Part shown: one piece after another, positions 13,305-25,079 of the stretch
Layout of the letters: every line of letters starts with the position of its first letter
Position numbering within the stretch: position 1 is the first letter of the stretch
Made by a program: the position numbers and the translations under genes
The notes under the pieces: model-generated
What the model was told of the DNA's origin: nothing
Database searches by the model: none
What the model saw: the letters and a program-made list of their open reading frames with translations, nothing else
Source of the DNA: Chiloscyllium plagiosum
Lineage: Eukaryota
Direction: 5' to 3'
Length of the DNA stretch: 64,000 nt
Assembly (NCBI RefSeq): GCF_004010195.1
Contig: NC_057711.1
Location: 75,843,579 to 75,907,578, forward strand

Positions 13305-13665
13305 TAATTTTATTTTTTTTTGTTCTTTGATGGGATTTGTGTATCATCTGCATAGTCAGCATTTGTTGCCCATCCCTGACTACCCATGAATTGAATGGCT
13401 TACTGGGCCATTTCAAGGCAGTTAAGAAGCAACCATATTACTGTAGGACTGGAGCCACATATCGGCCAGACTTGGTAAGGATGACAGATTTTCGCCTTCA
13501 AGTACATTAATGAACCAGATGAGCTTTTACAACAATTCATGGTAGGCGAACCATTACCATTACTGAGATGAGTTTTCAATTCAAGAATTATTAATTGATT
13601 TAAAATTCCATCATTGTAGAATTTGAACTCACGATTCCAAAGAGTAGCCCGAGTTTCTGCATCAC
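13305..13665 (-). mobile_element. SINE with LINE-derived 3' tail; same family as 56210-56520 (+)
   Basis: Shared core catctggttca(c/t)taatgt...cttaactgcc...ggatgggcaa..aatgctg..cccat with an A-rich tail. Confidence 0.65.
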
Positions 13666-15289
13666 TCAACTAGACATCAATTGCAAATTGCAATTAGATC
13701 ATACTTTGCAAACTTGCATCAATGCTCTGGAGCACCATCCAAATAACTAATTGTTGTAATAGAAAGGTACCTTCACAATTCACAGAAATAATCTACAGCG
13801 CTTTTGCTCCAGATGACCCCTCCATTGCAATGATACTCTCATTCCCACCCCCTATCCCCATCCCATACTCATCTTGGCCAGTTATTACCTGGAGCTTCAT
13901 TGGGATTCTCATGAGACACCCACAGCTTGTTAAAATTAGGCTGTAGCTTCTCGCAATTTAGTAGTTACATCATCACTATTACTGAAACCAAATTTTTATT
14001 CTAGATTTATTAACTTAATTTAAAATTTCCATTTCCTGTAGTGGGATTTAAACTCATATCTCATTAGTCTACGATTTTGGCTTTCTAATCACGTCACATA
14101 TGTTAAGGTTCTCCATATGTTTTTTATGCTGCTAGTACTTCACATTTTATTCCTCCCCATTGATTCAAAACTGTTCAGAACATATACGCGTGATTTGGAT
14201 GTGGGGACTAGTTGTAATATTAGTTGTAATATTTCCAAACTTGCTGTTGACACCAAACTCGAGTTAAAAGGCAGTTACATAGAGGCTTCAGAAGTACTTA
14301 CATAGGCTAAATGAGAACATGGCAGCTACATTTCATGTGTAAACCAATATTGAATCCAGAAGTTTTTCACATATCCTAAAGCAATATGGTCGTTTGCAGA
14401 TTATAGTACTAAACAACAAACAGATGCCACTGGTTCATCCTCAATAAATCAGAGAATTAATGCACAAGCACATGAGTAATGACTATAAAACCTGCTCAAT
14501 TTTTATAAAGCTCTAACTGGCTCACTAGTGTTCTTCAGGGAATGGAACTTTTCAACACTTCAGACTTGTCCACATATGACTCCAATTACAAGCAGTTAAT
14601 ATAAGAACGTTAGATATAGGAGCAGTTATAGATCATTTTAACTTTTGTGCCAGCTCTACCATTCACCATGATCATGACTGATCTTCTAAGTCAATTCAAC
14701 CTTCCCACACTGTCCACATATCCTTCGATCCCCTTAGAATCGAAAGATATATTGATCTCTGATATGAATATGTTCAACAATTGAGGATCCACAAATCAAA
14801 TATCCTTGACATTTTGAGTGAAGAAATTTTCCTTCATTTCGGTCTTAAATGGCCAACCCTTTATTGGAAGTCAAGATTAGAGCAGTGCTGGAAAAGCACA
14901 GTAGGTCAGGCAGTGTCCGAGGAGCAGGAAAATCGATGTTTCAGGCAAATTTCCCTCTATCTCAACTATGGAAATCCAAAGCTGGTCTATTCAATCTCTT
15001 CTTGTTTCTCTAATTGCTTCCTGTTCCGACATTTTAACTTTCCATGATTTTTGTAGAAAAATATCCAGATCCCTCTCAGTGCCATTATTTAAATAAGTTT
15101 TTTTTTATTATTGATTGATTATTAGCAGCCTCAAAGATATTCTGGCCTGCACTGGAAAATTACAAAACACAAAAAGACCTAAGACAACCGATGAGGACAA
15201 AACAGAATAACAACTGCAGCGTTGTCTGTGATTTACCTGCATATTAACTGCCAATTTGGGACTGGAGAGTCAGAAAAATTCTTGATAGT

Positions 15290-16005
15290 GAAACTATTTC
15301 CAATAAATGTGAAGTTATTGACTTTGGTGGCAAAAACAAGAAGGCTGATTATTATCTAAATGACCATATGTATTGGGCAAGGGAAAGGTGCAATGAGATC
15401 TGTGTGTCTTTGTATTCCAGTTACTGAAAGTAACATGCAGGTGCAGCATGCAATGAAGGGAGTAAATGTTATGTTGGCCTTCATAGTGACAGGATTTGAG
15501 TACTGTAGCAGGATCTCTTGCTGCAATTGTACAGGGCCGTGGTGAGACCGCACCTGGAATATTTTCTGAAGGATATTGTGGCTTTGGATGAAGTGTGACA
15601 AAGATTTACCAGTCTGATTCCTGGGATGAGAGAACTGAACTATGAAGAAGGACTGGAAGAATGAGGGGGAAATCTCATAGAAACTTATAAAATTCTAGAC
15701 AGGATTCGACAAGGGTACAGCAGGAAGGACGTTGGTGATAACTGGAGAGTCCAGAGCCAGGGATCACAGTCTAAGGGCAGGCCATTTAGGACTGAGGTGA
15801 GGAGAAATTTTGTGACTGAGAGAGTGGTGAGCATTCTCTGCCACAGGAAGCAGTTGAGGCCAAAACATTGAATGTTTTCAAGAGGTAGGTTTAGTTCTGA
15901 GCGCTAAAAGGATCATAGAGTTTAGGGCAAAAGGTGGTACAGGATACTGAGTAGAATGATGAGCCGTGATCATGTTGAATGGGTGAGCAAGCTCAAAGGG
16001 CTGAA
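15290..16005 (+). mobile_element. CR1 LINE 3' fragment
   Basis: aaatgtgaagttatt, gtgagaccgcacctggaatatt and CR1 3' UTR similarity. Confidence 0.8.
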
Positions 16006-16006
16006 G

Positions 16007-17395
16007 ACCTTAAGACCATAAGACATAAGGAGCAGAATTTAGGCCATTCAGCCCATTGAGTCTGCTCTGCCATTCAATCATGGCTGATAAGTTTCTCAAC
16101 CCCATTCTCCCACTTTCTACCTGTAACCCTTGATTCCCTTGACAATCAAGAACCTATGTATCTCCAACTTAAATATACTCAATGACCTGGTCTCCACGGC
16201 ATTCTGTGGCAGTGAATCCTACAGATTCGCCAATCTCTGGCTGAAGACATTTCTCCTTATCTCCATTCTAAAAGGTGTTCCCTTTACTCTGAGGCTGTGC
16301 CCTCAGGTCCTCATCTCTCCGACCAACAGAAACATCTTCCCAACATCCACTCTGTCCAGACCATTCAGTATTCTGGAAGTTTCAATTAGATCCCCCCTCA
16401 TGCCTCTAAAATCCATTAAGTATAGATCCAGAGTCCTCAAACATTCCTCATACGTTAAGCTTTTCATTCGTGGGACCATTCTCATAAACCTCCTCTGAAT
16501 ATGCTCCAAGACCAGTATATCCTTTCTGAGCTATCTCCTTTCCAACTCCAAGATGTGGTCCATCTGGTCCAGGTGATTTATCCACCTTCAGGCCATTCAG
16601 TTTCTCTAGTATTTCTCCTTGGTCATGGCCACCATATTCAACTCTGCCCATTCACACTCTTGAATTTTTGTGATATTACATGTCTTCCACTGTGGAGACT
16701 GATGTGAAGTAATTTTTCAGTTCCTCAGTCATTTCCTTGTTCCCCACTACTAACTCTGCAGCGTCTCTTTCCAGCCGTCCAATGTCCACTTCTATCTCTC
16801 TTTTGCCCTTTATATGTCAAAAGGGACTCTGACAGTTTTCCTTTATATTAGTGGCTAGCTTACCTTCATATGTAATCTTCTCCCTTCTTATTTGTTTTTT
16901 TGTTGCCCTCTGTTGGTTTTGTAAGCTTTCCAATCCTCTGGTTTTCCACTGCCCTTTGCCACATTATACGCTTTCTCTTTTGCTTTTATGCTATCTCTGA
17001 CTTCCTTAGTCAGCCATGGTTGCCTTATCCTCCCAATACCATGCTTCTTTTTTTCCTGGGGATGAATTTTCGCTGTATCTCATGACTCACTCCCAGAAAC
17101 TCCTGCCATTGCTGTTCTACTGTCTTTCCTGCTAGGTTCCTCTCCTAGTTAATTCTGCCCAGCTCCTCCCTTATGCCTCTGTAATTGTCTTTATCCAGCT
17201 GTAATATCGTTACTTCTGATTCTATCATCTCCTTTCAAATTGAAGAGTAAATTCAATCATGTTATGATCACTGCCTCCTTCGGGTTCCTTCATCTTAAGC
17301 TCCCTTATCAAGAATGCCTCATTGTACAATACTACATCTAGCATTGCCTGTTCCCTTAGTGGACTCTATCACAAGCTGCTCCAAAAGGCCATTTC
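16007..17395 (-). mobile_element. CR1 LINE 3' region with internal deletions
   Basis: (ataagac)n tail, IQRRFMRMVP...RGDLIET and KVDKSPGPDG motifs. Confidence 0.85.
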
Positions 17396-18879
17396 CTGTT
17401 CCCATCTTCCTTTGCTTCTATAATGAAAGTTTGTGAAATCATCATGCAGCCCAATGCAATGAGATAGCCCTCAGGTTTATGCCAACAGGTAGTGTGATAG
17501 AAAGCACTGATCTTTTTTACACTGTTTATAGCCATAGTACTTAAATACCTTGACAGGGTTATGACTAGGCATGAAGAAATGGAACAGTATTTCTGTTCAT
17601 CCCTCTTTGTTTAATAGTAAGAGTATTTTTAATATTTGAAATTTAGATGTACCAATCCATTGTATGCACCTCACAGATAGAAATAGAAAATACAAGAGAA
17701 ACTCAGCAGGTCTGGAAGCTCCTGTGAAAAGATAAACAAAGTTAGACTTTTGAGTCCAACTCGACATTTTTTTGGGGAACTGAATTTCAGGAACATTTTC
17801 ATGATCACAGCTTTATAGTTCGATTGAGCTTGAACTTCCCTGCAAAACCTGGCAATTCTAATCAGCTTAATAGTGCCAAAGAGTTTATCACCTTTTACAC
17901 ATATTCATGTCTACTTTTAACAATCAGAAAGCATCCTTGAACTCACCTAAAGAGCAGATTACTACTCGCAGAAGTGCCCCTCAATCTATCCAAAATAGCC
18001 CACTACTTATCCAAAGAACTCCAGCAGATTTCAATCTTCTAACAGGTTTAGAGGTCAGTGGACATCGTAGGTTTTGGACATCACAATTACAAAAATTGTT
18101 TCTGCTTGGGGGCAGCAACACCAAGGCAAATGCCTCTCTAAACTAGTACAATCTGTCCCTATTTTCTCTTCTCCAAAACTCATGGATGCCTAATTCAACG
18201 GCAAGATTTATGGGAAGTGGGCTCTGTTGCCATTTCAACTAAGCCAGAAACCTTTTCCATTTTTACAAAACTTCAAGCCAAAATCTAAAAGGAGCAAGCA
18301 GTCTCCCTCCAGCACTGTCAAACTTGGTATGAAATTGAAGTGAGTTTACCTTGGAAACACTAATGACATGTAAATTCAATACCTGGTGAGATAAAGCAAA
18401 GAAACACCAGCATCAGTAGCAATAAATTTTAGAAGCTAGCGGACAACCAGTTACTAATAAGGAAGGAAGGAAAGCTGAGCTCTAAGACAGAATGCAATAA
18501 TAAAATATTAGAAAGCATGCTCAAAGAACCAAAAGAAAATGCCAGTCAGTGGTGATATAAAAAAAATTCAAAAATAATAAAATAAACTTAGCTTTTACAA
18601 TTTATATCAATGACTTACATGTGAAAACTAACTTGCACATGACACAATAATTGATAGAAAGGTATGTTGTGAAGAGGACTTAAGGTTGAGAGTTAGCAAA
18701 ATTTTGGCACATGGGAGTACAATATGGGAAAATGTGAAATTGTTCACTTTGGTAGAAAGAATAAAAATGTGGAGTATTAAACAGAAAACAATATCAGAAA
18801 ATGAAGCTGTGGAGGGATCTGGGTATTCTCGTGCATGATTTGCCAACCCAAACAAAGCAGTCTTCCAATCATGGAACTG

Positions 18880-21050
18880 TTCTCTCTTCTATAGCCACAT
18901 TACCTCGAGCTAATGTAGTACAACCAAGTGTATCTCTTCAGATTACCTCATACCTCTTCAGTAATCTTACAAGATCTTCCTGCTGTCCTTTTTCTAAATA
19001 TGAAAATGCAGTTTTTAACCGTCACTGTGTTTCTGTGTTAGCTCGTCAAACTATACGAAGTTCGCTTCGAGAACAGTGCACCTCTCCTTCTATCTCATTC
19101 CCATTAGCTACATCATCTTCCACTACTCTTATTATCTGATAAATTTGTTCGTTTTTATGCTCTTTCCTATAATAAATATGTTTATGTGACAAAACTGATT
19201 CTTCTTCCGACAATCAGAAGTATTAATCAGCTAAGTTACTTGAATAACCCTTCTAGTCACTTTATACAGGCCAGTGAATTTGATTTTCAATGGTTCATCT
19301 TGTAATGGTAACAATTCCAATACTTCATCTCCCACTTGAAATACTTGGTTTGCTGAATCGTTCTCTGCCCATTCTTTCATTTTCGCCTGTGAAAATTTAA
19401 ATGTTTTGTACCACTCTACATGCTCCTCTGAGTCTTTTTAGAAACATGGACGTGTAATCCAACATTGAAGTTCACCTTTCTCATTTAAGAACTTGTCCCT
19501 AATTACTTTTAGCAGCAATCTAATCTCATGACCATAAACCAATTCAAATGAACTAAATCCAGTAGATTCATTTTGCGAATTTCTGATCGCAAATGCCAAC
19601 ATATCTAATCCTTTGTCCCAATCCTGTGGGTATTTGCGACAATATGCTTTAATCATGGTTCGAGTGTCTTACGGCACCAATCCAAAGCTCCCTGTATTTG
19701 CAGATGATAAGCAGATCACTTCGATTGCTTTATTCCTAAACTGTTAATGACTTCCTGGAAAAGTCTGTATCTCAACAGACCATGTTAATTCAGAACAAGT
19801 AAAACTATGTTAACTTTTCCATGACTACAATAGTTGGAACCATCCTTACAGAAATAGCCTCTGGGTATCAATTTGTCATACTCTTAATTATGAGGACACT
19901 TTGATCTCCTGCTTTTGGTTGTGATCCAACACAACACAGTAACACTCAAGTAAATGGTTCTTCAAAAACTGGTACAGGTATCAAAAGTGCAGAACAGGTG
20001 ATGTGCTCAGGTTTTCCTAACACTTGACATGTTTGAAATGTTCTTCAGGACGACACATCTTCATTTAGTCTGCCCATGTAAAATACCTGTTTGTCAATGG
20101 CTGGGTTTTCTGCATATCTATGTGACCTGCCAAAGTAATTATATGTGCTACCTGCAATATGTCCTTCAGCAATCCGGGTGGGACCACGACAACTATCCAT
20201 TCTTTGTGTGCAGCTCTGTGAGGATGTCTCCATTTCCTCAACAAAACTCTGTTTTTCATAAAGTAACATTCTGGAATCCCTTCAACCTTAGCTTCAGTGT
20301 AAGTGTCTTTGCGAACTTACTTAACTCTGCATCTGCTTCCCAAGCTTCAGTTAATGAACACATGCCAAACACATCTTTTGAACTATCCTCATTTTTAAAT
20401 AGAATTTTGGCTACCCTACAACTTGCTTGTGGTAATACTATGAGCTCTGATGATGGAGTTTGTTTAATCATTGCTCTGGTAACCACACACAATGGAACAA
20501 TACCCAAAACTTGTTCCTGCAACTGTTCAATTTCTTTAGCCTCAACTGGACTTTCTGCAACTATAGACAAAGCTATGACTTCGATTCCATCCAAAGCATT
20601 TTTCGGTAATAAATCAACTCCATCAACACAAATTTTTTAACTACCCCAATACCACTCGTTCAGACACCAAGCCGCACTCCAGTTGAACCTTGTACAATGA
20701 AACAAGAATATACTTTTCGCCAATCTCATTTCCCAACACTTTGATTTCAATGAACGTTCTGGAGGAAAACTCAATCCTTCTTCAGCAAGAGAATTCTAAG
20801 TCGCCCCTGTATTACTGAAATTAATTATGGGCTTGGATTCTTCCTTTGAAGAAAAAGGGGCGATCTTCTATTTAGATGAAAACCTTTCATATCCTTCATC
20901 TACCCGTGTTTTTAAATTCCTCTAAAGTTTCATACATACCTTCACCTTGTTATGATTTTATCCATTGGTAATTGGACTTTTGAATTCTTCAGCTTCCTTA
21001 AATTGAGGAACCGTTGCCTATATATCTCAGGGACTAACTCATAGGCAGCC
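18880..21050 (-). mobile_element. Ty3/Gypsy internal region, Gmr1-like (protease followed directly by integrase), degenerate
   Basis: Protease-like TGAT near 20800. CVVTRAM linker. Integrase zinc region VVVP...ILQVAH...AGH...KT...YFTW. Core DWDKGL..LAFAIR..NESTGFSSFELVYGH. GPY/F-like FTGLYKV near 19265. Confidence 0.85.
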
Positions 21051-21231
21051 CATATAGTTTTTTTTCATTGTATTATAATCCCGAGAAACGTCATCTCACA
21101 GCAAAACATAAGCTAACTATTGTGGACAGCATCAAGTGATGATAGCTGCTGGCAATGCAGCTGCAAAGACACAGGATAGCCAAGAGACTTGGGTCACAGG
21201 AGAGTGAGAACAGGATGGAAGTCATGAGGAA

Positions 21232-21876
21232 CAGTCAGAGAGTCATACAAATATACAACACAGAAACAGACCTTTCAGTCCAACTCATCCATGCCGATCA
21301 GATATCCTAAGTCAATCTAGTTCCATTTGCCAACATTTGGCACACATCCCTCTAAACCCTTCCTATTTATATACCTAAACAGATGCCTTTTAAATGCTGT
21401 AATTGTACTCGCTTCCACCACTTCCTCTGGCAGCTGATTCCATACGCATACCATTCTCTGCGTGAAAAACATGTTTTGAGAGTCCCTTTTAAATCTTTCC
21501 CCTCTGACCCTAAACCGATGCGCTCTAGTTTTGGACTCTCCCAACGTGAGGAAAAGACCTTGTCTTTTTATCCTTTCCATGCCCCTCATGATTTTAAAGA
21601 CTTCTATAAGGTCATCTATCAGCCTCCGATGCTTCAGAGAAAATAGCTCCAGCCTCTCCCCACAGCTCAAACCCTCCAACCCTGGCAATATCCTTGTAAG
21701 TCTTTTCTGAACCTTTGCAAGTCTAACAACATCTTTTCTACAGGAGGGAGACCAAAATTGAATGCAATATTCCAAAAGTGGCTTTACCAACGTCCTGTAC
21801 AGCCGCAACACAATATGCCAACTCCTGTACTTCATTCACTGACCAATAAAGGCAAGCATACCAAACGCCTTCTTCA
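21232..21876 (-). mobile_element. CR1 LINE 3' end
   Basis: ORF 21317-21835 LYRTLVKPLLEYCIQFWSP...WNQLPEEVVEA and a gactct tail. Confidence 0.92.
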
Positions 21877-22499
21877 CTGGTCACTGACTAGGGAGTGGAA
21901 AGCAGATAGCTGTAAGAAAGGGTTGAAAGGTTTTCAGTTGGTCAATAGCCCCAATGTCATGTCTCTCAATCAGACATGAACAAGTAAAACCTCCCCCTTC
22001 TCAACCTGCCAAACCACAAGCCCTAGGATTACTCTTTGGGCTTCTCATGTGGTGCCTGTCCCACCCACTGCTGGTTGAATAACAGCTATGGCTGGATTAG
22101 ATCCTTAACTGGACATTTAAGAAACTTTAATCAGCAGAAGCAGAGGAAGAGGAGTCCACAAAGTGTATCCTCTGTCCTGCCTCCAAATATGTCTGTTAAG
22201 ACGGCATTAGATTCCACCTGCTTTTCCACTATCTGGTAAGCCTAGACTAAGGCCATAAACATAAGATTCATTCTAACCAATCCAGTAAAGTGTTTAGAAA
22301 AAGACTTCGCTATCTAGAGCTAAAATGTGGTTAAAATATGGAACCTGCTTCCACATGTAGTTGAGACCCTGAGTATGGATATTTTTAAAGTAGAAAGTAT
22401 TAGGGAGACAAGAATACAACAATACGTTGATGGGGTTAAATAAATAAAGATGAGAGGAGTACTATAAGCACTAGTATAAATCTCTTTGGCCTGTTTCTG

Positions 22500-22710
22500 T
22501 GTTGGTTAGCTCAGTTGGCTGGATAGTTGGTTTGCAATGCAGAAGGATGCCAACAGCATAGATTCAATTCCCGTACCAGCTGAGGTTAGCATGAGGGTCC
22601 CACTTCTCAACTGGGCCACTCACCTGAGACATGGAGATCTTTAGGTTAAACTCACTATCACGCGTTTCTCTCAAACAAGACAGCAGACCTATGGTCTGCA
22701 ACTTTGCCTC
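22500..22710 (+). mobile_element. tRNA-derived SINE
   Basis: A-box-like ttagctcagttgg and B-box-like gattcaattcc followed by a non-tRNA body. Confidence 0.6.
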
Positions 22711-22865
22711 ACTGTGTAATATGTTGTAAGTAATAATTCTATTTTTTTAAAGTTGCTGTGAAAATAGTTTCATCTTACAAATACGGGGAAAGTAAACTCA
22801 AACATATTCTTTCATCATGTAAGCAACAAACTTAGTAATAGTAATTTAAATCCACTTATACTTAC

Positions 22866-22894
22866 CCTCCAATTCCAACAATAAATGTTCTCAT
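22866..22894 (-). CDS. NMRK1: Nicotinamide riboside kinase, first canonical coding exon (MRTFIVGIG-G); whole exon probably 22866-22969
   Basis: Minus strand reads ATG AGA ACA TTT ATT GTT GGA ATT GGA GG|gtaagt. This matches the NMRK N-terminus (human MKTFIIGISG). It is 29 nt, phase 2, compatible with the next exon. Acceptor tttctttttag ends at 22970. NMRK1 rather than NMRK2 is inferred from head-to-head synteny with OSTF1. Confidence 0.92.
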
Positions 22895-24021
22895 TTTGAT
22901 TTTCAAATGACCTTGAATTAATCTTGCTACTGAATTCAGAAAGCAGTGGTACACAAATCTTGCTGTTACCTAAAAAGAAACGGATATTTATGCTTATGCA
23001 TTTGTGCAAGCTCAATGAAATTGAGATGAGTCTCCAACTCCTGTTCCTTTTTCATTTCTTACTTCCTTTCTCTTAGAGCTCTCAATCAGTGGTACCCAAA
23101 TGTTTAATTTTGCTATCATTCATATTACATGGTATTTTATCAATTGCATTTTGAATAGGCATTGACATAACATTCCTCGTCAACTCAGTTTACTGTTTCA
23201 TGGAAGAATTTAATCAAGTCAACCAAATGTTTTTCATTTTAAAAATCCAAGCAGATGTGCATTTATTACCACATACTTTTCCAATGCGAATTAATCTTGT
23301 CTTGGATTTTTGTTTCTAAAAGCATTACATCTTAGTTGACAGAGTTAATCTCTCTCCTCAGTTTCCATCAGGATGTAGGATCTGCAACCTTCCAGTACTT
23401 ACACCACTCTCATTTCCAAGAACTTAAATGATAGTACTAGCGTCACTGTAATTTACAACCTTAGGTCCCTCAGTAACTTAGGATGCAACTCATCTCAACT
23501 TTCTACTTGTCAACCTTTTAATTATCTTTATTGTTATACTATCCAATCTCACTGCAACCTCCTACCTTACTATTAAATTGAGAACATTCTCTTCTTGGAA
23601 AGAAAAGGTGCAAACACTCACTAAATGGGCTGGATTTTATGGGGCAGTGTGATTTCACTACCAATTCCCTCGCTAAACGATGAGGGAGTCTGTCAATACT
23701 GCTACACAGCAACTTAACAGCAGGAACAGTATTAATTGTTTTTTTGAGAGACTCCTGCCCCAATTTTGGGAGCAGTTCCTGACAAACGATCAGATCACCT
23801 GCAACTCAATAGTATTGGCAGCACCAGTCAGGGTAATGGTTACAGGTGGGAACACAGGTAGTCTCAAGTGCTATGAAGCAAGATTAACTCAGCACTGGAA
23901 GTCTTAGTGAAGAGCGCATGGGAAGTTGCTGTTGGGAGGGTGGGGTGGTGCACATTCAAGAGGCTGCAGGAACGTTAAATGGGAAGAATGAGATTATGGG
24001 CAGTTGGTGTTGCCTCCAGTT

Positions 24022-25079
24022 GGGTTGGTGACGATTTGCTGCTATTGATTAGCCACTGCCAGTTCTCCACCAGCGTTTCTCCACTGGGGTCATTTAACCT
24101 CTGGAGACTATTCGCCACCGGAAATATATATATGTACTGATTGCTTTCCCTCCCAACTGTTCTTTCATACTTCTCATTCCCCTTTATTTACACAACTACA
24201 TATTGATCAAAAAAAGAGGTAAAATAAATATCATTTTATTGGTTTATATATAAAAATGAGTTACAAACGTTAACCAGAAAAAGGAAATATATTTTAAAAA
24301 TCTTTGTAATAGCAGTAAAATCTCACATTAATATTAAACAATGAAATTTTAGTTCATTTGATAGTTATGCGTTATCCCTCTAAGATATTCCAAACAATCT
24401 CTTTCACCGTATTCAAGAACAATTTTTTGTATTCTATCGTCTGCATCTCCTATCATTCCTTTTTCGTCGACTTATTTTCTTCATGCTGCTTGTCGTCGGT
24501 AAAGATGCTAGGACTGACTGAGGGACATCAGCTACACATTCGTTTATAAGAACACTACAAGAATGTTCACATCGTCAAAACGTAATACTTGAATCACTCT
24601 TGGACAGTTTATCAAAAACATATATAAAACCATCATGATAAAACTTCTTATTTCCACGTTTACTAATAATTTCTGTTTCCATTTTGAAGACTTGAGGGTA
24701 AATGGAAAAAAAAACAAGCTCAAAAAAACTCTCCTGTAACGAAAATAAAACCATCATGATAAAACTTCTTATTTCCACGTTTACTAATAATTTCTGTTTC
24801 CATTTTGAAGACTTGAGGGTAAATGGAAAAAAAAAACAAGCTCAAAAAAACTCTCCTGTAACGAAAATAAGTTGTTACTGAAACAATGCAAACACTACCT
24901 TAACCAATATAACGACAATTTTATATAGTTTAGATATGCTTATTCTCTAACATTTTAAACTTATTTGCGGTGGCTAAGCGTCCTCGATGGTCAAAGGGCA
25001 GTGGCTAAGCATCCTCGATGGTCAAAGGGCAGTGGCTAATTGTTGGCGGCGAATCTGCTGTGGCGAATGGTCCCATCCC
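24022..25079 (-). mobile_element. Non-autonomous Mutator-like (MULE) DNA transposon with FLYWCH transposase N-terminus
   Basis: 9-bp TSD (c/g)ctccagtt (24013-24021, 25080-25088). Imperfect TIRs starting GGG(T/A)TGG and sharing attagccactgcc. METEIISKRGNKKFYHDGFIYVFDK...ITF*RCEH is a FLYWCH-like motif. Confidence 0.82.

Noticed and set aside
22500..22580. tRNA gene
   Set aside because: A and B boxes are present, but there is no convincing cloverleaf and it runs into a repeat body. It is a SINE head. The same applies to 56840-56920.
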